Shown here: positions 28,217 through 37,351 of the stretch, piece by piece
How positions within the stretch are numbered: position 1 is the stretch's first letter
Layout: each line of letters opens with the position of its first letter
Source: Candidatus Latescibacterota bacterium
GTDB lineage: Bacteria; Latescibacterota; UBA2968
Direction: 5' to 3'
Length of the DNA: 64,000 nucleotides
Assembly (NCBI GenBank): GCA_965204745.1
Contig: OZ242010.1
Coordinates: 3,840,001-3,904,000, forward strand
Translations under genes and position numbers: made by a program
Notes under the pieces: model-generated
Database searches by the model: none
Told to the model about the DNA's origin: nothing
The model's input: only the letters and a program-made list of their open reading frames with translations

Positions 28217-30255
28217 CACAATTCTCCTGCGATTTGCGTACACTTTTTGATGTTGTCCTCGAAAGTTTTTTTTTGTTTTTTCAGATCGGAAATCTCATCT
28301 CCCAATTCTTCATTTGTTCTTTTGTCTCCCTCAAGATTTTCCATAAACTCCTGTCGCTTCTGAAGTTCCCCATTGAATTGACGCTCATATCTGTCGCAGA
28401 AATTATTTATTAGCCGATCAATTTGTTGCTGAACTTCCGTCTCAATTTCTTGAGATAAGGTTACAAACGGCCCTCTAATCATCTCCCAAAACACATATGC
28501 ACGTTTTTCTTCAATTTCATTTATTTGTGTATTCCTAGAGTCGCAACAACTTCCCTTTGCGCTTTCTTTGGCTACCAAGTCCTTGATTTTTTTTTCGGTA
28601 GCCTTTATCCCTCTCGTCCAAAAATTTCTATCCAATGGGACTTTGGGCACAGTTATTGAGTAATCACTCTGCACACCAATAGCTCTTTCCTCTATTCTTT
28701 TCTTAAAATCTGACTCCAGTGAATTAACGAATTGGGTCATTTCATCATAGTAATCTTCTCGCAATTTTTCTCCATAAGATTCGACATTTTTGGGTTCCTC
28801 TCCGGGTCTAAAACTTTTTTGGTTGATCTCGTTGCGGAAGCTATTCACTATTTGATGTATTTCTCGATAATATCTGCTGTTTCTATTTTTTGGAGAGAAA
28901 TCATCTCTCAATTCGGCGGTAAATTCATTGTAATCCCTTCTCATTCTCTCCGTTTCATCTTTATGCTTCTGTATTTCCGATGCAAAAGACTGAGGGTTCT
29001 GATACTTCTTTCGCAGGGGTTCTATGCGTGCGCTAATGTTGTTGTCAAGGACTTCATACCCCTCTTTTAAGTCAGTAGCAAATTTCTTCATTTGAATAGA
29101 TGCTGACTTTTGTGCATCGCGTTCAATTCTTTTGCGAATCTCGTCGAAATTCGCCTGCGCTTCTAATAGGTCGAGAAACTCATTTATATCGTCATTGGCC
29201 TTAAAAAAGCACGGCGCAGTCAGCCCCATTATTTTCGAGTCCGCAGAAAGAATGGCCTGGACTTCATCCATTGTTTTTGCTTTGTAAAAGGATTTTTTCA
29301 GATAGAGTTCAGTTAGACTATCGACAAGGAAGATATTATCCGCGCCAATTCCGGGATAATAGCTCTTGGTCGCATCCAATATTCTCTCGCGTTCATCTTC
29401 ATCGATCTGGCTCCTATGCGTCAGGACGAGTATCAAACGCCCTTTGACCCGTTCGGGAATCACATTCTCCAAGGCATTGCGGAGTGCGATACTTTCCTGC
29501 TGTCCCACTTTGTGTAAATAGATAACCGCATCCGCTTGGTTGATGAAATTCTTCGTCTGATCTTCTATGCCGCCAATCGCGTTGATTCCCGGCGTATCGA
29601 CAATTTTGAAATGCTTGGACTGCAAAAACTCAATCGGATAACCGAGTGCGACCGTTTTGGGAATCTCAGCACAAGAGATGTTGTGCTGGACATATTCGCG
29701 GATTTTTCGGGCAAATGCCTCTTTCTCCAAGTTGTGTACATTTTCGAGTTCGGGATCATCAATGAAGTCTCTCAATTCTTTCTCGCTGAATACCGCCTTC
29801 TTGCTTCTGTCGCTGTAACGATCCATCAAGAATTTGTTGACTTGGACGACGGGGATGTCGCGGTATTCATCTTTGACAGCAGCGATTTTCTTCAAAAACG
29901 GCACGGTCTCGTTTTCAGGCGTTCGCAGGTCGTCCTCAACGACTTGCTCTGTGCCATTGGCAAAGGAGACGCGCACTTCCTTTTTGTCGGACTTGTCGAT
30001 CTCAATGATTTCAGAGGTCGCTTGCAGGGCTTCATAAGGCAAGATCGCCTCGCCGAGAAGCGCGTTGATAAAGGTCGATTTCCCGGCTTTCACTTCCCCG
30101 ACAATGGCGAGCAAAAACTTTTCCGCTTCGATATTTTTTTGCGCCGCCCTCAAGCCCGCGTCAATGTGCTTGCCCTCTTTGCCAAGGTCCGCGTGCAGGG
30201 ATGTATAGAGATCTAGCAAAACCGTTCGGTGTCCTGCGAGTTGTTCGTAATTCAT
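28216..30255 (-). CDS. Dynamin-like GTPase (679 aa)
   Basis: GEVKAGKSTFINALLG, QATS, DTPGINA, helical C-terminus. Confidence 0.88.
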   Translation of the reverse strand: MNYEQLAGHRTVLLDLYTSLHADLGKEGKHIDAGLRAAQKNIEAEKFLLAIVGEVKAGKSTFINALLGEAILPYEALQATSEIIEIDKSDKKEVRVSFANGTEQVVEDDLRTPENETVPFLKKIAAVKDEYRDIPVVQVNKFLMDRYSDRSKKAVFSEKELRDFIDDPELENVHNLEKEAFARKIREYVQHNISCAEIPKTVALGYPIEFLQSKHFKIVDTPGINAIGGIEDQTKNFINQADAVIYLHKVGQQESIALRNALENVIPERVKGRLILVLTHRSQIDEDERERILDATKSYYPGIGADNIFLVDSLTELYLKKSFYKAKTMDEVQAILSADSKIMGLTAPCFFKANDDINEFLDLLEAQANFDEIRKRIERDAQKSASIQMKKFATDLKEGYEVLDNNISARIEPLRKKYQNPQSFASEIQKHKDETERMRRDYNEFTAELRDDFSPKNRNSRYYREIHQIVNSFRNEINQKSFRPGEEPKNVESYGEKLREDYYDEMTQFVNSLESDFKKRIEERAIGVQSDYSITVPKVPLDRNFWTRGIKATEKKIKDLVAKESAKGSCCDSRNTQINEIEEKRAYVFWEMIRGPFVTLSQEIETEVQQQIDRLINNFCDRYERQFNGELQKRQEFMENLEGDKRTNEELGDEISDLKKQKKTFEDNIKKCTQIAGEL

Positions 30256-30269
30256 GGTGTGACCTCGTG

Positions 30270-30388
30270 TTTTGAAGTGTCAAGACAAAACCGCTCCTGA
30301 GTTGGGGTTGCGTCAAAGTAGCAGGCGATTTTTGAAGTGTCAAGACGAAACCGCTCCGGAGTTGGGGTTGCGTCGAAGTAGCAGGCGA
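30270..30388. repeat. 60-bp tandem duplication
   Basis: TTTTGAAGTGTCAAGAC..GAGTTGGGGTTGCGTCRAAGTAGCAGGCGA twice. Confidence 0.9.
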
Positions 30389-30406
30389 CTGCTTCTTTAA
30401 TAGGAC

Positions 30407-31423
30407 TTACGCCAGGGTCATTGGTATCGCCGGTGTTTTGAGTTGTTGTCTCAAATAGTCCTCCCATAAGCCATGTTTGACTTGATAGATGGTTTGTCCG
30501 GTCTGATGGGCGACTTGGGTCAGTCGTCCCCAAACGAGGAAGGCACACGCGATATGGTTTCGCACAATGCGTGCCAATCGGCATTGACACTTTTCAAGTC
30601 CCGTCACCTGTTTTGCTTCCCGGTGAACTTGCTCAATCTTCCAACGCAAGTGACACACCGCTTGTGCCACTGACGGGTCGGTTTGAGTCAAGTCGTTGGT
30701 TACGATATACGCCGTGCGTCTCGTAGCAGACGCGACCCGGAATACGTTCACCTTGTGGTTTTTAGGGAACCCTCTGAGTTTAATGCGTTTCCCTGTGTCC
30801 TGTTCGCGTTTTGTCCAAGTTAAGGCATCGACCCGTTGATAGGGGTTTTCACCTGACGAATCGTCCACGAGGCGATTCTTTTTGATAGGACAGGAATAGA
30901 TCTTTTGTAAGTGCTCAATGTGAAGCATGACCGCTTTGGTGGCATACCAAGTATCCATCACCACTCGCTCAAAAGGCAGTTTTTTGTGATAGACCAAGAG
31001 CGACAACATCTCTTTGACGTGATCTAACTTGGTTTTCCCATCCCCTTGCGGATCGTAAATGCGATAGTCAATCAGCCAAAACCGATCTTCAACCGGATTG
31101 ACATACACACACGTCACCACACCGATCCCCGAGATGACCCCCTTCGCATTGCCACTGTATTGCCGACGCACGAGGGCCATCTTTTTGGCATAGCGCTTGT
31201 CTAAGACCGTGTCATCAAAGAGAATCACGCCCTTTGCGGTTGACGTGAGGTGGGGTTTGACGTTTTTCCAGATCTCACGCGGCGAGACGCGATCCCCACC
31301 CAGATAGCGGTTGAGCATATCATGCGTGAACCGGTCGCTGTGATCTGCGAAATGAGTCAGGGTATAGTTGAGCGGACTGCTAAGCAGATACTGGCAGTAA
31401 TCCAGGCGTGTTGGTTTCGCCAT
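30407..31423 (-). CDS. IS701-family transposase (copy 2, element 30401-31480)
   Basis: Near-identical to 6129-7145; same TIRs. Confidence 0.9.
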   Translation of the reverse strand: MAKPTRLDYCQYLLSSPLNYTLTHFADHSDRFTHDMLNRYLGGDRVSPREIWKNVKPHLTSTAKGVILFDDTVLDKRYAKKMALVRRQYSGNAKGVISGIGVVTCVYVNPVEDRFWLIDYRIYDPQGDGKTKLDHVKEMLSLLVYHKKLPFERVVMDTWYATKAVMLHIEHLQKIYSCPIKKNRLVDDSSGENPYQRVDALTWTKREQDTGKRIKLRGFPKNHKVNVFRVASATRRTAYIVTNDLTQTDPSVAQAVCHLRWKIEQVHREAKQVTGLEKCQCRLARIVRNHIACAFLVWGRLTQVAHQTGQTIYQVKHGLWEDYLRQQLKTPAIPMTLA

Positions 31424-31590
31424 ACAGACCTCCAAAGTGAGGATGGGGGTTCGATCCCGTTCTTTTTTGCGTAAGTCCTATTTGGGATGAATAATGGTCA
31501 ATCTTTTTGTTGACGTAAATAAAGATAGAATACCTATCACCATTTGTCAACCTTTTTTGGCATGAATAATAGTCAATCTTTTTGTTGACA

Positions 31591-32567
31591 ATGCGAATCA
31601 AGAGTAGAAAGCGAGTAAGAAGCAAGCCGCGGTCAATCGCCCAAAGACATGAACGAGTAAGCCCTCATAGGATCGTACCCGAGACGCCATCGAGATGTTC
31701 GTCTTTCGTTCAATCCAACTGAACAAGGCCTCTATAGGCTGTCGCATGCTCGAAACCGCCCGAGAAAAGTCTTTTTCGGCCTCGGTCAGGCTTTCTTGCC
31801 CCTTCTTTCGCTTCACCGGCGTCTTGAAGATCAGGTTCTGCTGTTTGCTAAGCGTGTCTTTTAAGGGCTGATCGGCGTAGATTTTATCGCCGTAGAGGTG
31901 TCCATCCCGCAAAACGGGTAAGCCTTGTCGCAAAGCGGTCAGGTCATGCTCTGCTGCGCCTGTCAAGCCGAAGTACTCTGCTTTGGGCAGGCCATTCGCT
32001 CGGTCTTGTGCGACAATGTGCAGTTTAGTGCCGTAATACCACATCTTTTTGGAAGCGCACCGGCCTTTGTTGGCCAGTTGTTCTTCGGCCACACATGCCT
32101 TTCCGCTACGTGCCGATTGTGCCATAACAATCGGCATGGAATCCACCCTGTAGGTGTGTTCAGAGACATCGGTTGCGGGACTGTCCTTTTGGATCTGTTC
32201 AATCAATGGGGCGAAGACCACACACAAACGGTTCAACCGCTGGATATAGCCTGCATAAGTGGGCAGATGGGGAAACCAGTCGGAAAGATGATCCTTGGTA
32301 TAGGTATAAATCGCCTTGATCTGCGTGTGTTGTTGCATGATCCCAAACAGATAGATCGTCAGCACTTCTTCATCTGTGAAGGTCGGCGTATCGTTATTAC
32401 TCATGCGTTGTGTATAAAACCACAGATGCTTTTGGTCATACTGCTGACAAATATAGACATACAAGTGAATGAGTTTATCTTGCCAATCCATCGCGTGCTC
32501 CTTCCTTTAAGGGTGAAATGGTTGAGCCCTCAAGAAAAGACAAGTACGCGATGGATTCAACTCTTAA
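31591..32567 (-). mobile_element. IS982-family element, upstream end clipped by IS701
   Basis: End ATGCGAATCAAGAGT; the other end stops at ACTCTTAA where the MITE at 37.07 kb continues TTCGCAT. Confidence 0.8.
31598..32491 (-). CDS. IS982-family transposase
   Basis: FTDEEVLT, VDSMPI, YYGTKLH, YGDKIY, RQPIEALF. Confidence 0.88.
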   Translation of the reverse strand: MDWQDKLIHLYVYICQQYDQKHLWFYTQRMSNNDTPTFTDEEVLTIYLFGIMQQHTQIKAIYTYTKDHLSDWFPHLPTYAGYIQRLNRLCVVFAPLIEQIQKDSPATDVSEHTYRVDSMPIVMAQSARSGKACVAEEQLANKGRCASKKMWYYGTKLHIVAQDRANGLPKAEYFGLTGAAEHDLTALRQGLPVLRDGHLYGDKIYADQPLKDTLSKQQNLIFKTPVKRKKGQESLTEAEKDFSRAVSSMRQPIEALFSWIERKTNISMASRVRSYEGLLVHVFGRLTAACFLLAFYS

Positions 32568-32622
32568 TAGGACTTACGCAAAAAAGAACGGGACGCCCCC
32601 CATCCTCACATTGGAGGTCTGT

Positions 32623-33638
32623 ATGGCGAAACCAACGCGCCTGGATTACTGCCAGTATTGCTTAGTAGTCCGCACAACTATACCCTGACTCATTTCGCAG
32701 ATCACAGCGACCAGTTCACGCATGATATGCTCAACCGCACGCTGAGTGGGGATCGCGTCTCGCCGCGTGAGATCTGGAAAAACGTCAAACCCCACCTCAC
32801 GTCGACCGCAAAGGGCGTGGTTCTCTTTGATGATACGGTCCAAGACAAGCGCTATGCGAAAAAGATGGCCCTCGTGCGTCGGCAATACAGTGGCAATGCG
32901 AAGGGGGTCATCAATGGGATCGGTGTGGTGACATGTGTGTCTGTCAATCCGGTTACCGATCCGTTTTGGTTGATTGACTCTCGCATTTACGACCCAGAAG
33001 GGGACGGAAAAACCAAGTTAGACCCCGTCAAAGAGATGTTGTCACTCTTGGTCTATCACAAAAAGCTGCCTTTTGATCGGGTCGTGATGGATACTTGGTA
33101 TGCCACCAAAGCGGTCATGCTTCACATTGAGCACTTGCAAAAGACCTATTCCTGTCCTATTAAAAAGAATCGCCTCGTGGACGATTCGGCAGGTGAAAAC
33201 CCCTATCAACGGGTCGATGCCTTAACTTGGACAAAACGCGAACAGGCCACAGGAAAACGCATGAAACTCAGAGGGTTCCCCAAAAACCATAAGGTGAACG
33301 TATTCCGGGTTGCATCTCCTACGGGACGCACGGCGTATATCGTAACCAACGACTTGACGCAAACCGACCCGTCGGTGGCACAAGAGGTGTGCCACTTGCG
33401 TTGGAAGATTGAGCAAGTTCACCGGGAAGCAAAACAGGTAACGGGGCTTGAAAAGTGTCAATGCCGATTGGCACGCATTGTGCGAAACCACATTGCGTGT
33501 GCCTTTCTCGTTTGGGGACGACTGACCCAAGTCGCCCATCAGACCGGACAAACCATCTCTCAAGTCAAACATGGCTTATGGGAGGACTATTTGAGACAAC
33601 AACTCAAAACACCGGCGATACCAATGACCCTGGCGTAA
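32623..33638 (+). pseudogene. IS701 transposase copy 3 (element 32568-33644), frameshifted near the 5' end
   Basis: CAGTAT-TGC versus CAGTATCTGC in intact copies; several Y>S and other substitutions. Confidence 0.8.
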
Positions 33639-33832
33639 GTCCTATTTAATATTTTGGCGGAGTTCGTCGAGGGTGTCGCCTTGGGTGTGGATGCCGTATC
33701 CCAGGGCACTGGCGGCGTATCCACCGTCGAGTTCGTCCTCGGTGACTTCAAAGATGATTTCGGCCATGGCGATTCTTTCTGCTATGGTTATGCGAATGAA
33801 TTTTGAATGGTCAACCCCTGTATCTGAACCCT

Positions 33833-34225
33833 CTAAAGCAGTACCACACCCTCAAGCTGTGACGCCTCTCTATCAAAGGTGTACAGGGGATTGGCCCCGG
33901 ATCGTTCGGCGGCGGCGAGAATCATCAGGTCGGAAAACCCCGCGCCGCCCATCCGGTAGCGGGATGTTGCATGGATAACATCGCCGGTTGCCTCAATGAC
34001 GAGTCCCTCAGTCACGACCAACTCTTCTAATATCGTCGCGACTTGGTCACGGGAATAGCCGTAAGCGCGTTCCAGCACCCAGACGAGTTCAACGGCAACC
34101 TCACGACAGATATAGCCGGGACGGTCTTCTGTAAGCGATTCCATTAAAGCACGGGCTGTCTCCGCCTGCGCGATGTCATCGCGTACCAAATAGCGGACGA
34201 GGACATTGGTATCGAGCGCGATCAT
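33833..34225 (-). CDS. vapC: VapC PIN-domain toxin
   Basis: MIALDTNVLVRYL, ELVWVL, FSDLMI, TFD. Confidence 0.9.
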   Translation of the reverse strand: MIALDTNVLVRYLVRDDIAQAETARALMESLTEDRPGYICREVAVELVWVLERAYGYSRDQVATILEELVVTEGLVIEATGDVIHATSRYRMGGAGFSDLMILAAAERSGANPLYTFDREASQLEGVVLL

Positions 34226-34464
34226 GCTTCAGAAATTCCTTCGGCAATGGCCTGCTCCATCTCCTCCACACTGATAGGGGGGCCGTCATAGGGGAGCGCG
34301 CCAAACAGCCGACTGATCGGGAGCACCGGCACAATTTGTACTGTGCTATCGGCAATGAAGTAACGCACGCGATCCCCTGCCTTCAAGCCAAGTGCCTCCA
34401 GCACAGGCTTGGGGAGTGTCGTCTGTCCTTGCCCTGTCACGCGGGATTCGATATTCCGGGTCAT
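34222..34464 (-). CDS. AbrB/MazE-type antitoxin
   Basis: SRVTGQGQTTLPK..LGLKAGD; ATGA overlap with vapC. Confidence 0.88.
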   Translation of the reverse strand: MTRNIESRVTGQGQTTLPKPVLEALGLKAGDRVRYFIADSTVQIVPVLPISRLFGALPYDGPPISVEEMEQAIAEGISEA

Positions 34465-34501
34465 GTCTTTCACGATCACCTCCGTTGAACGTCATCATTC
34501 A

Positions 34502-34576
34502 TCAAGCGCGATTCTTTCTGCTATGGTTACGCGAATGGATGCGGACATTGGTATCAAAAAAGTTTTCAACGCTCAT
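34502..34576 (-). pseudogene. Truncated PIN toxin 5' fragment
   Basis: MSVENFFDTNV, then runs into the 30-bp repeat and stops. Confidence 0.6.
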
Positions 34577-34808
34577 TCATTTCCTCCCGCGTCAATTTGC
34601 GTCCGACGAGAAGTTTGCCTTGCAATTTACGCATGACTTTCATGGCTTCGGCGGCTTGATTTTCGCGTTGAACGCAGTCGCCGTTGCGCTGAACGTAGTC
34701 TTTTAGCCACACCTGAAATTGCTCGTTTAAGGTCGTGCGGTTCGCCGTAGCGCATCGGTGTGCGGATGCGATCAAGTTCGCGTCGGCATGCAGGGTAATG
34801 GCTTTCAC
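34566..34808 (-). CDS. Putative antitoxin (ribbon-helix-helix-like), orphaned
   Basis: KAITLHADANLIASAH..TTLNEQFQVWL..RKLTREEMNER; RBS AAGGAG. Confidence 0.7.
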   Translation of the reverse strand: MKAITLHADANLIASAHRCATANRTTLNEQFQVWLKDYVQRNGDCVQRENQAAEAMKVMRKLQGKLLVGRKLTREEMNER

Positions 34809-34840
34809 GGGTTCTCTCCTTCGCGCTAAGGGCGTTCGCG

Positions 34841-35581
34841 TCAACGTGAAACGGATTCGGGATTGGGGGTAGCGTCGATGGGTTGTAAGAACGTGTGGAT
34901 GCCGCACTCGGTTTTGGATGTGCCTGCCCAGCGACCTGCACGTTCATCTGTGTTGGCATCGACGGCTTTTGTGCAGGGCCAGCAGCCGATGGTGGCGTAG
35001 CCCTGATCCATCAAGGGATTGTACGGCAAGGCGTGTTCGAGAATATAATCCCACACTTGTTTGCGCGTCCACGGCGCCATGGGGTTGAGTTTGAGCAAGG
35101 CGCGACCGTCTGTTTCGTAGTATTCCAGAATGGGAATTTGGCTGCGGGTATCGCCTTGATCGCGGCGGCGGCTGTTGATCCAGCCGTTCAGTTCGGACAA
35201 TTTGCGTTGCAATGGCTCGACTTTTCGCAACCAGCAACAGCGGTCCGCGTCGCGCTTGTAGAGTTCCGGGCCGTAATCGTGGGCTTGCTCTTCCACGGTC
35301 AAACGGGAATACACGCGCTCGATTTTGATGGCGTAGCGCGCTTCCACGCGGTCGATCAAATGCAGGGTTTCGGGAAACAGAAACCCCGTATCAATGGTAA
35401 ATACGGGGATTTGCGGCGCGACCTTTTGCATCGCGTCGAGCAAGACCATGCCACTCGCGCCGAATGCCGTGCCAAATGCCACGCGCTCGCCCAGCGTTTC
35501 CCAGGCCCAAGTCAAGATGTCTTCCAAGGGTGCGGTTTCAAACGCTTGGGATTGCGCGATCAATTTTTTTCGGGTAATCAC
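34841..35581 (-). CDS. cysH: PAPS/APS reductase
   Basis: IDTGFLFPET, CCWLRKVEPL, IGCWPCT, ERAGRW, ECGIH. Confidence 0.92.
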   Translation of the reverse strand: MITRKKLIAQSQAFETAPLEDILTWAWETLGERVAFGTAFGASGMVLLDAMQKVAPQIPVFTIDTGFLFPETLHLIDRVEARYAIKIERVYSRLTVEEQAHDYGPELYKRDADRCCWLRKVEPLQRKLSELNGWINSRRRDQGDTRSQIPILEYYETDGRALLKLNPMAPWTRKQVWDYILEHALPYNPLMDQGYATIGCWPCTKAVDANTDERAGRWAGTSKTECGIHTFLQPIDATPNPESVSR

Positions 35582-35613
35582 ACGCTTCTCCTCTGCTCGA
35601 GTTGTCGATGCAC

Positions 35614-35642
35614 AATATATTTAATCCCATGTACGATGTCAA
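35614..35642 (-). promoter_or_regulatory. Sigma70-type promoter of cysH
   Basis: TTGACA-17 nt-TATATT. Confidence 0.7.
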
Positions 35643-35711
35643 GGTGGGGCAAGTCACAGCAACGCGCTTGACCTTTGAAAAACAATGTACTAAATTTATC
35701 GCCTGCTATCG

Positions 35712-35750
35712 AAAAACAAAAAAGCCCTGAAATCGCTGCGATTCAGGGCT
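35712..35750 (-). terminator. Terminator downstream of tRNA-Lys
   Basis: AGCCCTGAATCGCAGCGATTTCAGGGCT followed by a U-rich tract on the minus strand. Confidence 0.7.
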
Positions 35751-35760
35751 GTGATGGGTA

Positions 35761-35836
35761 TGGTGAGCGCGGCAGGATTCGAACCTGCGACCCACGGCTT
35801 AAAAGGCCGTTGCTCTACCGCCTGAGCTACGCGCCC
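35761..35836 (-). tRNA. tRNA-Lys(TTT)
   Basis: GGGCGCGTAGCTCAGGCGGTAGAGCAACGGCCTTTTAAGCCGTGGGTCGCAGGTTCGAATCCTGCCGCGCTCACCA; promoter TTGACA-17-TATATT at 35888-35860. Confidence 0.97.
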
Positions 35837-35910
35837 ATCTGATTTTTTCGGGAAGTGCGAATATAGATGTTCTCGCGAGATCTGTCAAGGAAAAGGATGG
35901 AGAAAATCCC

Positions 35911-36990
35911 ATGATGCGCCGCCGCAGGAAAAACCGAATTTACAAATGGTTGTTGTGGATCGTCGGGGTGATCGGAACCCTTGTGCTCGCGCTCGCGCTG
36001 ATCCAAATCGACGATATCGTCATGGCCCAAGGCATTGTCGAACCCGGGGACAAGGTCTATATCGACTCGCCCATGAGCCGCGTGTTGCACGAAGTCTTTG
36101 TCGAACCCGGAGACTCGGTGACAGTGGGCCAACCCGTCGCCCAACTGTACGATGGGGATTTGAAAGCCACGGCGACAACCGCCGAACAGGAAATCAAACG
36201 GGAAATCGCCAACCTCGAAGCCGCGCGCGCCCAACTCGCCCTGTTGCGCGAAAAGCCCACGCAGGAAGAACTCAGGATCGCGGAATCGCGCGTGGAGCAA
36301 GCGCGCATCAGCCTCACGGCGCGGCAGCAAGAGCTCAAACGCGCCGAGGCCCTGTACCAAGGGCAACGTATCTTCAGCCAAGAGGACTACGAGCGCGCAC
36401 AGACCAATTACGACCTCGCGGCGGCCAACCTCAAGGTGGCAAACGAAAATCTCAACTTGGTGCGGCGCGGCCCCTTGGCTTCGGAAATTCAACATGTGGA
36501 AGCCACAGTGCGCCAAACCCAAGCCGCATTGGACAAGGCAAAACACAACAGCGAAGCGGCCCGCGAAGCGTTTGAACGCGCGACCATGCGCTCGCCGGTC
36601 AATGGCGTGGTGGTGCGCCAAGACCTGTACCCGGGCATGCAGGCCAATCAGGGCGCCATTGTCATGATCATCGCAGGCGAGGGCGAGGGCGTGGTGATCG
36701 ACGCGTGGATGCCCGAGACCAGTGCTTGGAAGGTGCTACCCGGGCAATCCGTGGAAATTTTGAGCAATCTGTTCACGGACCGCGAGGGCTTTCTCGGTCA
36801 GGGCGAGGTGTCCGAGGTTCACGGGTACGCGATTCACGAAGGCGGGGTTCGCACGTTTGCGTTGGAGGTCGCGGTCGAGCAGGCGCCCATTTCCCTGAGC
36901 TTTGGCTCCACCGCTGATTTGCGGATCTACGTGGGCAAGCGCAGCATTTTGCAGACGGTACTGGGGTGGGATAGCGCGGTTCAAGAGTAG
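35911..36990 (+). CDS. HlyD-family membrane fusion protein
   Basis: N-terminal TM, VEPGDSVTVGQ lipoyl half, coiled coil, RSPVNGVV. Confidence 0.85.
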   Translation: MMRRRRKNRIYKWLLWIVGVIGTLVLALALIQIDDIVMAQGIVEPGDKVYIDSPMSRVLHEVFVEPGDSVTVGQPVAQLYDGDLKATATTAEQEIKREIANLEAARAQLALLREKPTQEELRIAESRVEQARISLTARQQELKRAEALYQGQRIFSQEDYERAQTNYDLAAANLKVANENLNLVRRGPLASEIQHVEATVRQTQAALDKAKHNSEAAREAFERATMRSPVNGVVVRQDLYPGMQANQGAIVMIIAGEGEGVVIDAWMPETSAWKVLPGQSVEILSNLFTDREGFLGQGEVSEVHGYAIHEGGVRTFALEVAVEQAPISLSFGSTADLRIYVGKRSILQTVLGWDSAVQE

Positions 36991-37064
36991 TCAGTGGTCA
37001 GTGGTCAGTCCGCCCCCCCCCCATCACCCATAGGGACAGGCACAGGGGCCTGTCCTCAGTCAGT

Positions 37065-37342
37065 GATGCGAATTAAGAGTTGAATCCATCGCGTACTTGT
37101 CTTTAATTATTGGGACCTACCCCCCTAACCCCCGTTACTCGCTTCGTTGTAGGCTACGCCTGTGCCTGCGAGGAAGGGGGAATAACATCTCTCCGTTGCG
37201 GGGATGAGCCGGAGGAGGGGACATCGTTTTTTAAGACTAGTTCTAAGGGGCGATCCTATAATGGATGAGTCGTTCATGTCTTTAGACGATTGGTTGCGGC
37301 TTGCTTCTTACTTCTTACTCGCTTTCTACTCTTAATTCGCAT
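37065..37342 (+). mobile_element. IS982-derived MITE with REP cargo
   Basis: ATGCGAATTAAGAGTTGAATCCATCGCGTACTTGTCTT and ACTCTTAATTCGCAT match both ends of the IS982 at 31.6-32.6 kb. Confidence 0.82.
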
Positions 37343-37351
37343 TTTTAACCA

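Larger units (their letters stand above)
30401..33644. mobile_element. Composite transposon: two inverted IS701 copies around an IS982
   Basis: TTTAA at 30396-30400 and 33645-33649; neither IS701 copy has its own matching TSD. Confidence 0.85.
30252..33767 (-). pseudogene. HicB-like antitoxin-fold gene split by a composite transposon (33767-33645 and 30400-30252)
   Basis: Removing 30401-33644 plus one TTTAA restores MAEIIFEVTEDELDGGYAASALGYGIHTQGDTLDELRQNIK|EAVACYFD... Confidence 0.85.

Noticed and set aside
33769-33798. Integron attC site
   Set aside because: No complementary RYYYAAC/GTTRRRY boxes forming a hairpin and no intI in the window
35761-35836. tRNA-Lys as attachment site of the 21-35 kb island
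   Set aside because: No duplicated tRNA 3' end or integrase seen, and cysH lies between the tRNA and the island
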